From positions 1 through 52,912 of the forward strand of contig FLMG01003555.1 in assembly GCA_900088475.1 (NCBI GenBank): 52,912 nucleotides of DNA, written 5' to 3'. The notes under the pieces were generated by a model that saw only the letters and a list, made by a program, of their open reading frames with translations, was not told the origin of the DNA and searched no databases. The DNA is from Hyphochytrium catenoides. Taxonomy: Eukaryota; Protista; Hyphochytriomycota. Shown piece after piece: positions 28,781-41,440 of the stretch (its first letter is position 1; every line of letters begins with the position of its first letter). A program made the position numbers and the translations under genes.

Positions 28781-30898
28781 TTATCTTCCTTGATCGTTAT
28801 TTTCAAGCCTACGTAGCTGGTGCCTATAGTAACCCACATGATAAGGATCTAGTGTCAACAATCGCTCGTTGAGCTCTATCGCCGTTGCCCTAGATGCCGC
28901 GGCTTCCTCAGACCTGCAGGAGGATGCGGTCAGGCCAAAATGTGAACAGTGGCAAACAAGGAAAATACCTTCCAGCCTCCAACAGCACTCTCCACCGCTG
29001 TTCATAAAGGAATGCCAACGCCGCCTGGTGGAGATGTCAACAAGAGCGAGGATACTTCTTAATGCCTAATGAAGGAACAGAAAGTAGCATAGTCATATAT
29101 AGAAGAATTACTGCCGTGGAGAAATAGCACTGAAAAGAAGACGGTCACGAAGCTCGAAAGAATGACTCACCACGACCCACTTGCAAGACGGCTCCATCGC
29201 CTCCAGTTCTTGACACCACTCCAGCTGGCTCTGGAGGAAGCTCAACGCTAAAGATCACCCCAGAGTCAGACTGAGTAGAAGGGAAGAGAGAGGGGTGGAC
29301 TTTGGATGAACTGGATGATGCTAGAGAGGTTATAGAGAGTACTCGTAGATAAGAAGGAGGCAGAATTGATCAGACAAAGAGGACCCGGATAGAGAATAGG
29401 ATATAGGCACACGGCTGCCTACCATTGTCAACGTCAGTCCCATTGATCACCTTCTTCACCACCCACCGGTGATAGATCCAGATACTCTGGTCATTAGGCT
29501 CTGTGAATGCCGCCTGCTCGGCTATTAGTTAGCGGCTCTCACGGGAGGGAATTGCACGCCTTGGCCACCGGTTGACCCTTCTACTTTATTAGCGTGCAGT
29601 GTTGCCCTTCCGTGCTCGTTCATGATCTCGTCTCAGGTCAATCTACTAACCTGTTGAATAAGCTCCAGTTCACTCTCGAGGCTCGATGAGTCCGCCAATA
29701 CTCTTAATCTTACTAGGAGAATGCTTCGAGAGTGAAATGCCTGAAAAAGAAAGACGATTCAGATCATTGGCCCCCAGACGATCAGCGGAAGATCAACGAG
29801 GCCATAAAAAGTTAGCTTTCATAACTAGGGATCTAGAGAGCGCGAGGAAGGGACAACACGGAACGGCAGAGAAGAGCAAGTGAACCAAGAAACTCAGGTA
29901 CAGGACAAGAAATGAAGACAGGGTAATGCCTCATGGGAAAGCACGCTAGGTTGGCTTGAAAGGCCTGACCGAGTAGTTTGAAAAGTTTCTGTCGATCTTC
30001 TCCTGCGTGAACTCTAGTTCTTTAGCGTCTGAGTCCGGGATCCTGGAGCTCACATAACGGCTGGTTCCGGCCGCGAGAGGGAAAGCGGTAACAATATCAG
30101 AAGAGGGACGTGCATGGAGAGAGGGAGAAGGGAAGACGAGGGAGTGTAGCAGGTCAGAAAGCGAAAGGAAACTTGGGGTAGGCTAGATGAGACTGGTACC
30201 GGTAGTTCCAGCAATGGAAGTTCCTCTCGTCTGTTAAAGAATAGCAGTTAGACAGATTGTGGAGTCGACGGAGAAAGAACTTGCTGTGCTCCAGGGCTGA
30301 CCTTTAGAGAGCAACAGCCCACAGAGCTTCAATTCTCTCTCGAGGTCCACATCAGCACGCTCCACTATCCAGCGCCTATGGTACCACGCATTATAGCTCT
30401 GTGGAGGTGCTTCATAGTTAAGAGGCAAAGAAGCAGGAAAGACAGAATGCAGCTCTAAATACCTTAGGATTTCTCTGTATTGCTTCCATTGATAGTTCCA
30501 ACTCGCCCTTCGCAACGTCAGTTGGAAGTCTAACGTCTGCTGATGGCTCTAAGGAACTGCCAGTGATTGAAAGAACAATCCGCCTTCTATAGTTCCATAC
30601 TGTGTAGAAGTCTGGATGAATCTACGGCAGATTAGTGCTCGTACCAGTCGCTAGCTCTCACCGACCTATACCTGTAAGAGCTTGGCTGTTATCTTTAGCG
30701 TTTCTTTGTCAAGAACATTATTCTTCCTCCTTTCGAAGACAGCCGCAACCACCTGATTGAAAGCTGAGACCTGAGGCAAAAAGTTTTAGTACTTTTGATG
30801 ACGAGGACGCTGTACATTGCTTGGGAACCGACCTTCGCTACCTCCGCAGCCCGCTCCTCATTCGACGGAGGCACGTCCCTCTTCACCCGCCCATGCAT
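28781..30898 (-). CDS. RABGGTA: Rab geranylgeranyltransferase (GGTase-II) alpha subunit
   Basis: Starts MHGRVKR. PPTA repeats HPDFYTVWNYRR, NPKSYNAWYHRRW, DERNFHCWNYRR, NFSNYSAFHSR and AFTEPNDQSIWIYHRW; ends LLTLDPYHVGYY. No Ig/LRR extension. Confidence 0.93.
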
Positions 30899-31157
30899 CT
30901 CAGCCTGAACCACTTTGTACTGTTGTGACTACAAGTACCGGGTGGAGAGCGTCAAGGCAGTAGACAGTGTCAGTGCTAGGCCTGCTCTCCCTTGCGTGGC
31001 ATCCAAGCGAGACTTGTCAGCAGATCCTATGGCTCGTCCCCAATAATCTCCGATAACAGGCGCATCGCTCGTCCTTTCTTCTGTTGTTGGCTTCTCACAC
31101 AGATCTCAATGACACTCGCAATCTGCAACTGCAAGAAAGATCTTCAATCAGAAAATC

Positions 31158-31172
31158 AGAAGCTTCATGAAT
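31158..31172. promoter_or_regulatory. Perfect three-unit heat-shock element-like motif in the RABGGTA / AAA ATPase divergent promoter
   Basis: aGAAg-cTTCa-tGAAt matches nGAAnnTTCnnGAAn. Further two-unit copies lie near 31255 and 31299. Confidence 0.35.
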
Positions 31173-31567
31173 TCCAGGGATTATCACGCTGCAATAGGTT
31201 TGTTAGTTATCATCTTTTGATTTTCTTTGAGCGGTGTTCGCATCAAGAAAGTAAGAAGCTTCATCATCGGCTGCACTCTGCTGCTCGGCAGGGCAGAGCT
31301 TCTCGAAGGCTTCGTGATGTCCCTTGAGGCCTTTATAGAAGGGAGACAGGGGCATAGATCTTGGAGGTCTAGAGTGTCCTAGGCTCTGGAGATCCCGTCT
31401 GACTAAGAGCGCATGAGAAGTAAAGGAGCACCATTTGACGGATCACCTAAGAGGTGGAGTAAGTAAGAAGGCACCTGTTGGAGAGAGGAGCTGCTGTAGA
31501 GCTACAGAGGGGGTTGGGGCCCCTTAGGCATGGTGGACAGGCCCTTTTATAAGCTAAGGCTGTGAAG

Positions 31568-34500
31568 ATGATTGGCCGACGAGGACTTTGGGTCGCTGTA
31601 AAACCGCTACAGCGGGCTTCTTTGGCGCTGAGGACTAGAAGGTAAGGCCTCTAACAAAGGCAGGGATCAGAAGGAGGAGAAATCTGCATGAGAAGATGTG
31701 GGGAAGAGGATCCAGGTCTTCACCATTTACCACTAAATGCTTTCCTTCTACAATCAGCGCAAAGGCATACCAATCCTGCCCCAGTCTACCCGGTGCTTCT
31801 GCTTGGAGGCCCACTGACCAGCATGTTAGTGGATCGCTCCTGCTGGGAGCAGTCCTAGCAGGTTCCTTGGCAAGTGGCTGGGGACAGTCTCCCGCATGGG
31901 CAGAGGACAAGCCGCCCACGGTACTTACTAACCTAAAGTATCCGCTATTATAGTCCTCAGACTGACGCCCTGTTGCAACCTTCCATCTTGTTCCTCTTCC
32001 TTGTTACGGTTATCTCTGTTCCTTCGCTCTCACTCTTTCCTCTCCTCTTCGCTCTCGGTCTCTGGCTTCCCACATTCTTCTATCTGTTGGCTCCCCTTGC
32101 CACTGCTCTTCCTTAGAGGCGCTATTCTGTGGATGAGGCAAAGGAAGTCCTGGGTCGGCGGCTGAAGCCCGTTCGCGATTCATTGAAGGAGAAACGGATC
32201 ATCTCCACTCCTCCGCCACTTTACATCAGCAAGGAGCCTAATGGTCCTCTATCGTGACCTTACGAAGTTCATCTGAAGTCTTGTGAACCGCAAGGCTTTC
32301 CAATTGACCGCCATGATACTATTTTCTCCGAAGCCGTCAAATGTGATGGCAGTATGTCACGCCAACCCGTGGTCTCCTTCTGCCTTTGACTCCTCTCCCT
32401 CATCTATCGCTTGCTCACAGCTATAATAAGGATACACTTCGAGGTGCCTCTTGCCGCAGACACGCACGATCTCATCGTTGCTATAAACAATGCTCTGCGA
32501 GGTGGCCAGAGCAACGCAGATGTAAGTCTAAAGCTTGATGCCAAAGCATGGGAGAGACAAACGAAGGGACTTTGCTTCTCCTTCCTACGTTGTTGCGATG
32601 ATATCTTGTGCGTGGTTTGGGCTCTGGTGGCTGTAGGCTGGAGCCTTTGATGCTTCCGGCCCTGTGAATTTGTGTTCCTCAGTCCCTTACGCCTATACTG
32701 GTGCTTTTGCCGTTAAGGTACGATAGACTGACGGAAATACCTCCAGCAGGCTTCTGTTCTGCAGGTGTATTCAGCCCTTACAACTCAACACACCTTAAGC
32801 TTTGTGTACACGGTAATGATTCTGTTCTCACTCCACAACTGCACCCAAGCTGTCCCTTTCTAAGTTGACTATATGTATGGATGGTATCTCTTTTTCAAGG
32901 CTTTCTTTTCTCCCCTCTTGCCCTTGTAAACCTATCTCCTCCACGAGAAGTAAGATAGATCGCTTTCCGCTAAAACTTTGCTTGCCTTTCGTGTCTCTTG
33001 GGGAAGAATCAAACTGGAAGCTTTATTATTGCTCGAAATCAGCGAGGAGGCACCGGGTGCACATTCTTCCTTGATGATTATGTGACGGAGCACGACATTA
33101 ATGCGATTGTCGCGGCATATGAGACTGCCTTATCAAAGTAAGGCAACAATGAAGAGGGATTCGGAAACTGAGATCAACTTGCGCTGGGTCATCGCGCTAC
33201 TTATTGAGGCTGAAAGATGTTCTCTATTGCAGGGTGCAGCAGTCCCCCCAGATTATAATAGGCGCCGGACCTATGGGAGGAGCCCGTGGTCAATATGGAC
33301 GCATGGACGACCCCCGCTCTCGCTTGGAGCAGCTTGGTGTCCGAGTGAGTGCATTAGATGAGAAGTAATACGAAGAGCAAGCGTCAAGGAGGAAAGAATA
33401 GTCAGCTGCAAGGGCCCAAAGTCGTCGAGGCTCAGTTTTGACCTCTCACTTTTTCGTTCAATTTGAAGGTCTATGATGCAGAGTCTTTACCTCAGGGCGA
33501 GAGCCTTGATTGGGACGCGTTGGCGGGCTATGAAGAAGTCAAACAGACCATCAAAGACACCATCGTGTTGGCTCTGAAGCACCCTGACACTTATGATGAA
33601 CTCGCGCGGAAGACCAGGAAGAGATTTGAGAGCAACAGGCCCAAAGCAGTGCTCTTTGAAGGGCCTCCTGGCACAGGTAGAAGATGCTCCGGCAAGCGCC
33701 GTATCGATGCCCACTATTCCTGTCCCATATTGGCATTCATAGGGACACTCCTCATCGGCTGACCGCAGGTAACATCTCACATCTCTCTCTGACATTGCAG
33801 GAAAGACCCTGACCGCTCGCATTATTGCTAACAAGACTGGGATCCCAATGGTCCATATATCAGTAGAGAATGTGCTTTCCAAATGGTACTCTGAGAGTGA
33901 AAAGAACATGGTCGCGGTAAGCATTCATAATGCTCGTACGGCTTCCTGATCCGTAGCACGCTTTCGAAAGCATTAGTGGGTTGCCATAGAGTTATTAAGC
34001 ATCCTGGGTCTTCATATGCGTGTTCGTGCTATCTGGACTCCACCAATACCTTCAATTGTGACGTTGGCCCTTAGATTTCTCTGTTCTTTCTCCTCCATAT
34101 TCGTCTGCAATTGAAGGTTAGACGGTATTCTTAGTGTGCTGGCGATCAGCTTGACTTCTAATCTGTCAAGCATCAGGCTCTGTCCCCTTCTACTGACAAT
34201 CCTTACCTTCCTTCATGCACAACTCACGAAGATTTTTGACGCTTGCGACGAGCTGGGCGGAGCGATCATTTTCATTGATGAGATCGATGCACTAGTGAAG
34301 GCTAGAAGTTCTCAGCAGCACGAGGTGACAGGAAGGGTCCTCAGCGTCCTTCTGCAAAAATTGGATGGCTTTGCATCAAATAGGAGGTCCATCCTAGTAT
34401 GTGCAACCAACAGGAAGGAGGACTTGGACCCTGCCCTCCTTTCTCGCTTCTCTCTTTGTGTTCGTTTTGACCTTCCAGACCTGGAAACGAGAGGGTCAAT

Positions 34501-34916
34501 CTTGGCGCTTTATGCTAAGCATCTGACTTCGGAACAGCTGGGTAATCTCGCTCAAATTACTGCGTCGTTTTCAGCGAGGGACTTGAAGGAGGTAAGTGAA
34601 CACCCGGTGCCACTGCTTCGAGAACTACGCGAAATAGAAAAGACGGACAAGCAGAGACGGGGGAGAGAGATTAGAAAGACTTGCGGTGGAAGGGGAGCGA
34701 TAGCTACGCGGCAACGGCAGGTAGTGAGATGGCCTTTGACTTAACGCGAATCGTCCTCTCCTGTAGCTGTGTGAACAGACGGAACGTCGATGGGCCTCAA
34801 AGTTGATTCGCATGGTGGAGAAAGAAGAGCTCCCTCCCCTTTCCGAGTACGAGGCAAGCGCGAGGAATCTAGCACAAAGCAAGTATCACGATTATGCGCT
34901 CTTGGACCAAATCTAA
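31568..34916 (+). CDS. Single-domain AAA+ ATPase, At4g04180-like, probably mitochondrial
   Basis: Multi-exon gene with WDALAGYEEVKQ, RFESNRPKAVLFEGPPGTGKT (Walker A across an intron), IIFIDEID (Walker B), CATNRKEDLDPALLSRF (SRH) and CEQTERRWASK. The N-terminus is presequence-like and followed by a hydrophobic segment. Confidence 0.9.
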
Positions 34917-35234
34917 GCGTTGAAACGAAGCGGCTCGGCCCAAAAGTCTACTGGCACAGTTGCCAACCGAAGATCTATCTGGCAATGGCAGAAGGGAAGG
35001 ACCTATATACTCCGTATGATTTAAATGACCTTACCAGGTGGAGAGGTATTAATGCGCTGGCGCGCAGTGTTCCCGATAAATAGTAGATAACTGGTTAAAA
35101 AAAAGAGACAAGAAGCTGAGGCCCTCGTCCTAGAAGAGAGAGTTGAGTCAGGCATGGCCCACTCACTGTGCGGCACGAGCTACCAGATACGCCAGACGTA
35201 ATACCTAAGAGGCTTGACGGGTGAAAAGTTCTTA

Positions 35235-37043
35235 TCAGCTTTGCTTCTCAGCCCGCCTGGCCTCACAGCTCTTCACAAGCTCAATGAAATACTCCTTTGA
35301 CTGTATCGCTCTCACAGGATTACAGCGCACTAAGTATATATCCTTTGTCTGGGAAAAGGGAAGATGAGCGCCAGAGGAGACCTCTCTTGCGTCACAGATG
35401 TGCGCATCCTCTCTTAGAATGTTGTCATCAAAGAAAATGGAGTGCTCCGCCATATCCTGAGATTTCAGAAGGAAGAGCTTTCCTGCTCTCTCACTCTCTC
35501 CTCGAAGCCACCAGTAGTGATAGTCATCACGGATCGCTAGGGAGACACCCTGTGCATACAGAGACTCCAATCTCTCATAGATCTGTTGAAGGCCATCTAC
35601 GCGCTCGTAACTATCCTCAGAAGCTTTCGAGCGGAAGTACGTCTCAATGTTCTTTTCTCTCTCGTCCCAGCCTTTCCAGGCTGAAGGATGGTCCACTGTC
35701 CCCAAAATAAGCACCGCATCGTCATCCTGCCCGCGAACGAAGCAGCCGAATCGGTCTGGTCGTGTCAGGTCCAGTCTAAGGTCTGAGAACTCGCTGTGTG
35801 ATCCATCCATTCTGACGTGGGGGAAGAGAGGATGCGAGCCCTGGCAGAAGGCGTTGAACTCCTTAGCAATCTTGGATATATCATCTCCAAAGGTCCGAAA
35901 AATAATAGAAAATCTTCGTCTTTCCTTCTGAAGGTGCAGAAGGAGATGGAAAAAGGCTTTTAACGCTGTTAGATAGATGGCGACAACGAATAATGAAAGG
36001 TCACGAAGAAGAGGGGTAACTGAGTTCTGACCGTGTCCAAAGTTATGGGTGAGCGGGAGATGCAAGGGACGCAATAGCTAGGACGGCTTAGTCCAGTGAA
36101 AAGAGAACAAGAGACCAGAATACGGCCTTGGAAAGGTACAGAGCACTCAGCAGCCGAGCGAGAAAGTAAGTCCAAGATTGCTGACCTGGAAGAATAAAGT
36201 ACGAATCGCCATCTAGTCCTGCCTCTAAAGCAGCTTCGGTGCCGACAATATTTTCCGGAAGCCGTAGCATCTACGCGTGGCCGCAGCAGCACAGGTGGTC
36301 GAACAAAGATTAGGTGCAGCCCAAATAGGACACTGAGAACAGGGGCCCCTTAAGTATGTTAGAGAGGAGAAGAGAAGGTCGGAACAGGCGAAGGGCTGTA
36401 TATACTGAGAAAAGTATGACCCACCTCCTGCAGTCTCTCCATATAGATGCGCAGTCCTTCTCCTGGATTCCCAGCAGATGTAAAGTCCTTTCTGAGCTGT
36501 TTACGAAGCTTCTTTTTACTGTCCATCTCCTCTTTGGTACCGCTATGAGGATAGCGCTGTCTCAAAAAGTTACTAAAGGAGATGTCTCGACCAGGAGGGG
36601 GCTCATCTGCGGGCGGCCGGCCGTCCCACTGCCATTTTCCGTCCTGATCTATGGTCCCGTAAGCGGTCTCTGCGATAATATCATTGAGAACATGCGCTAT
36701 GTCTTTGTCCTGGATCGGATCTCTCATAATGAGGGTCTACGGAGATAAAGAAGGCAACGGAGGTAGCAATTGGGTCAAAAGAAGATGAGATCTAGGCTTG
36801 AGGGTAGGATGTGACCAGCGAACGGAGAAGCTTAGAGAGGAACGGAAGACGTGCAAGACAATTGGCCAACGTCCTGACTATTTGCGTTTCATAGAAGAAG
36901 GGCCAAGGTCTCTGCCATGTCAAGAGACCGTGCGCGAGATAGTTCAGTGCAGTGCTCACCTTGTTGATGTCAAAGTGAAGGATAAGGCGAGGCCTACGCT
37001 CACTGGCGGTCACTTCTGTGTCCTCTCGCTCGCTGTGGTCCAT
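35235..37043 (-). CDS. Uncharacterised HAD-superfamily-like protein
   Basis: Four exons giving LILHFDINK|TLIMRD (motif I-like), IIFRTFGDD (motif II-like) and IFFDDNI (motif IV-like). An alternative upstream ATG lies at 37205. Confidence 0.8.
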
Positions 37044-37696
37044 CTTTGCCACACTATTACTCAGACAGTGGAAGCGAAAAGACCTTGAAGTTTCAATGAT
37101 CGAAGGATGAAGAGTTGTTATTGTGCAACAACGCTGTCTTCGCACCGCAAGTGTCCAATACTTCGACAAAGGCAACAAGTGAAGAAGTGCTGCCTGTCTT
37201 AGCATCTACTTGACTCTATCTATGTACTACTGCCATCGGACCGCTCCTACCCATCATTCATACAATCGTCAGAAAAGGCTTGACCCTGGGACCAGCTATC
37301 AGACGTAGGTGGCTCGGAGCTCCTTTCCCTAGACCCAGCCTTGATATGAAGACCCAGACTGGGCCTCTAAACTGCAGATCCACGTTCTCCATGAAGCTCA
37401 AATCTTCAAGCTCCAAAAAGCCTTGTGATGAAGTAGCAATAGCTGTTAACGGCCTTTAATTAGCGTTTAGCGGTGTTAGCGGCTACCTCCACAGCTAAGT
37501 TCGTTTCTTCTTTCTGTGTTCAGTAGTGCATCATCATCATCATCGCCTTCTGCTGATTCTGCAGCTTCATCTGCAGCTGCTGTCGCTGTCAGATGACAAA
37601 CGGACGGAGACCAGACTGGCAGAGCTACTAGGCCAAGTGTTAAGACGTTTGAGCTTCGTTCTCACCCCCGTCAAAGAAAGGAGAGCTTACGGAATC

Positions 37697-39303
37697 ATGG
37701 CTGCATCCTTCAACGAAGCTCTGGACACGCTCCAGGCAATGTTTGGTGACTGGCAAAGGAGTGACCTTGAGGAGGTCCTACGAAACAATGGTGCGACCTA
37801 TTCGACAGTGAATGAGACCATTTTGCATAGTCTAAGCCTTGTGTTGGCTGTAGGCGGCCAGATGGAGCAAGCGGTAGACCAAATCCTTGCCATCCAAGTG
37901 TCACGAGATGATTCATCATCGATAGGTTCTTTTGACGCCTACCGAACTCCTGGTAACGCAACGCCATCCCAATCCTATAGGTACCGAGCAAGTGCAGGTC
38001 TTCCCCTACTTGCACACCAGTAAAAACTTCCTCTGTCTCCTATAGTGTTTCTTCCCAACCGTCAGCCGGACCAAAGAAGAGTACCCGCGTCACACTGCCA
38101 GAAGATTTCTTGAGGGTGAGTCCTAACAGAGTCTCTCTCGTCTTGACTGGAGGGTAATGAAAGACATCGTTTAGGTCCCAGGTACTCGCAGATCTCAACA
38201 AGAGATTCAGGACGCACTCTTTGCCGAGATGCTTCAGGTATGTTCGATCTACCTCATCGCAGTGAAGAAAAGAGTTATCTTGTGCAGACATTGACGTTTC
38301 TTCCTCTTCTTACCAACCTGGCCGACGGATTGACGATGGGGAATGATACGCCCGTGCTCCGGACAGAATGAACTCTTCATGGAAGAATTAATGCGAAACG
38401 AGGAGTTCAGTACGATGTTCAATGCGAACCGTGGTAAGTTCTCTATGCCTTTTCTCTCATGGCCTAGCTCGCCTTTTCATACGTCAGGACGCACTCTACG
38501 CCGCCCTTGTCCTCCTCTTTCTGCTCCTCTTTGCCTATCTGTGCATGTTGAATTCAACCCATTCCTTGTTATTCCTTCTTGCAGGTCGCTCTGACTCCCG
38601 CAGCGAGACTTCAAGTCAGGGAAGTGGTGGTGGCTTCTTCTCTGGTCTACCCTCGTTTGAAGAGGTGTCAGGAAAGCTGAGTTCGATGGGCACTGGTAAG
38701 GAACATGTTTGGAAATGAGATTCCATCTTGGCAAGTACTTTCATTCTTCCGTAGGCGTCTTCCGAACCCTTTCTTTTAGACCTTCTGCTACCCTCAGAGC
38801 GCTAATCATCTCCTCGTACCTCTTGACTCAGCCGCCAAAGATAAGCTATCGGAATACTATAAGGCTTTCCAAGCGAAGACCGACCCTGGACGGGATCAGT
38901 ACAGGTGACTGCCACACCATACCAAATTACTTTGAGGATGACGTTGGGGCTGAAGCTAGACCGATAAATCTCCTTCCGTGACTCTTGTTATCCCTGTTGT
39001 CACGCTCTCTCCCGTTTTTAGCCTTTCAAGATGCGGCTTGCCTCTCTCTCTACACTTCCTGCAACTTCTTGTCTTAAACTTAGCTCTGCCTTAAGCACCG
39101 ATCTGACATGCTTTTCTTGACCTCGCTGCGTTGCTTATGTTTATACGGACTCTATATAAAGCCACGTTCCCCTAATGGCTGATCCTGACGATGACGAAGA
39201 TGACCGAGCCGAGGTGGTTCGATCTGGTAGTGCTACTCGCTACAGCGACTCAGGCGCTCTTAAAAACCGTCGTGGTGGAGGAGGTTATAGCAAAACCGAT
39301 TGA
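37697..39303 (+). CDS. CUE-domain (ubiquitin-binding) protein, CUEDC1-like
   Basis: ALDTLQAMFGDWQRSDLEEVLRNNGGQMEQAVDQIL (CUE domain), TLPEDFLR and DALFAEMLQNELFMEELMRNEEF, joined over GT-AG introns. Confidence 0.85.
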
Positions 39304-39538
39304 TTCAGTAACACGTCCAGAAGCAATATCATTAAGGACCATGTTCGGAACCTAGAAGAAGAAGAAGAATGGGTCTCACTATGGCCTTGCATGGGCTGAA
39401 AGTCTTGTCCGTCCATTGTCAAAGTCCATTGTACGGGATCACTTCCCTTTTTGGTGACCCGCTATCCAGAGAAGGAAAGAAGAGTGAACTGTCAGCGACA
39501 AGCCCAAGCCGTGAGCTGGACACGGGCTTGTATATCCT

Positions 39539-40288
39539 CTACCTGGCCTCCTTCAGCTGCTGGAGCTGGGCTTTCTTCCTTGAAGCCTCAATAAATAAGC
39601 TATTTGTTGCCTTGGGAGATCTGTCGATACCGAACTCGTCTATCGTGCTCTATGTGGAGTCAGCGGCAATTAGAAGCGGAAGGAGAGCGATAGAAGGAGA
39701 ATTGTTCATGTGAGAGGCCAACAAGACTCAGACCCGATAGGGGTCGACGGCTAGAAAAAGTAGCGCAAGCACCTCTGGTTCCTTTGGGGCTCCTCGTAGT
39801 TTTGTCGCGTCAAACCTATGATCTGCAGTAAAGCTGCTGTACATAGGGTCGCTTTCCCCTGGCAGAAGAAACTTGATGGAGAGGTATTAGAGCTCACTCA
39901 AAGAACGCTACTGTCAAAGGGAAGGACCAAGATCCTAGTGACCTTACCTTCAATTTTCCGCTGCTGTCATAAAGAGTGGGATTCCGCTGATCGTTCTTTC
40001 TAATATTAGCTTCAATGACTTCTGTCGTCCATCGCTGCATGGGCTTTGTAGGCGGAGCAGTTCTAAGATGTTCCTCTAACTTCGAAGGAAGCGCAGTGAC
40101 CTTGTCAAGAACTGCCTGCTTCCTATCATGGCGCTCCTGCAGCACCATCTGGGCCTAGAGAGAGGCAACCTTAGCTTATGCTGTAAGGCAGACCTCTCGT
40201 ACAGTCTGAGCCTAATGGGACTTACATCTGGCGCGCGAACCTTCATTGGGTCCGTCTCGATAACATGGTACTTGGAAGGGCTAGCCAT
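39539..40288 (-). CDS. Hypothetical spliced protein; 3' exon structure uncertain
   Basis: MASPSKYHVIETDPMK|AQMVLQERHDRKQAVLDKV...YDSSGKLK has plausible splice sites, followed by ...STIDEFGIDRSPKATNSLFIEASRKKAQLQQLKEAR*. No family recognised. Confidence 0.55.
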
Positions 40289-41440
40289 GTTCACTCAAGC
40301 TTAACCTCAAGAATAAGCACGACTCATTACTACTCTCCTTACTGATTATGTCCCTCAGCAATGGACATCACCAGAGGCCGGATCAACCCTGATGAGTATG
40401 TCTCTTAGAGAGCCGCGCTGGATGCTCCTCAGTCATCAGACACAGAGTTGCACTCACTGCTACTCAAAAACTACCTAGCCAATGTAGACAACAGAAAGAG
40501 GAAGAACAGGCAGCTCCTGGAGCCAACCAATCCGTGGCAGTATCACAAGCTCTACCCTCCGCCTTTATCTCGATCGGGTGAGCGCATGGCATCTTGATGT
40601 TGATGGACCCACAGAGAAAGGAGAGAGAGTAGGAGATGGATAGGCAGGTTCCGTTCCTCAAGTCTGCGTATGAAGAACTTCCATCAAGGGAAAGGGCGTT
40701 ACAAATTGGTGCTTTAAGTAGTACAAGTGGCAAAGGATCTAAAAGTCTTAAAGCCCTATAGCGTGGTGTGGTGTACCACACCATCTTCAAAATATCAGAA
40801 TCTCATCAGCGCCGCAGCTTCCACAAACCCTGGCTGCTTCGATGTCAGCGGTCTCCGCGGCCCAACGCACTCTTTTGCTACAGTTTTGCGAGGTACTCTT
40901 TGTAATTAGGAGGAAAGTAAGGAGGGCATGGCACTGGAAGGCAGCTTAAGCATCGAGCTAGAAGCTGGCACTTGGTATCGACTATGATGGGATTGCAAAG
41001 GTCCTCCTAGCAGGAAGATGGTAGCTAGTAGTGGATACCTAGCATAGCTTTGTTTGTTACTATAGTTAAATCTTACGGGAGAGACAGATAATTGAAAGTT
41101 GTCCATGCTAGCAGAGTGAGTCGAACTCAAGCAAATGCAACTTCAAATAGATCCATAAACGCATTCCGTGCACAAGGGTTGTTCCTGCTGGGATGTAAAC
41201 CGTGAGCGCTTTCTCCCCATATAGGTTATCTACCAGTATGACGACGAAGCCTTTAGAGAAGACAAGGGAAGGACTCATGCCTTTCCAACCTCTCCTTCGG
41301 TTACTTTCTAGCATTAGCATGCCTGGGAGCTGATAGCCCCTGGACCTCATCATCGCTGCCCGGCCACGTCCACCCGCTCTTTTATTTCTCTTCTTTGTCC
41401 TCACATCGACAAGAGAGCACTATGACCAGGGAGTAAAGTC

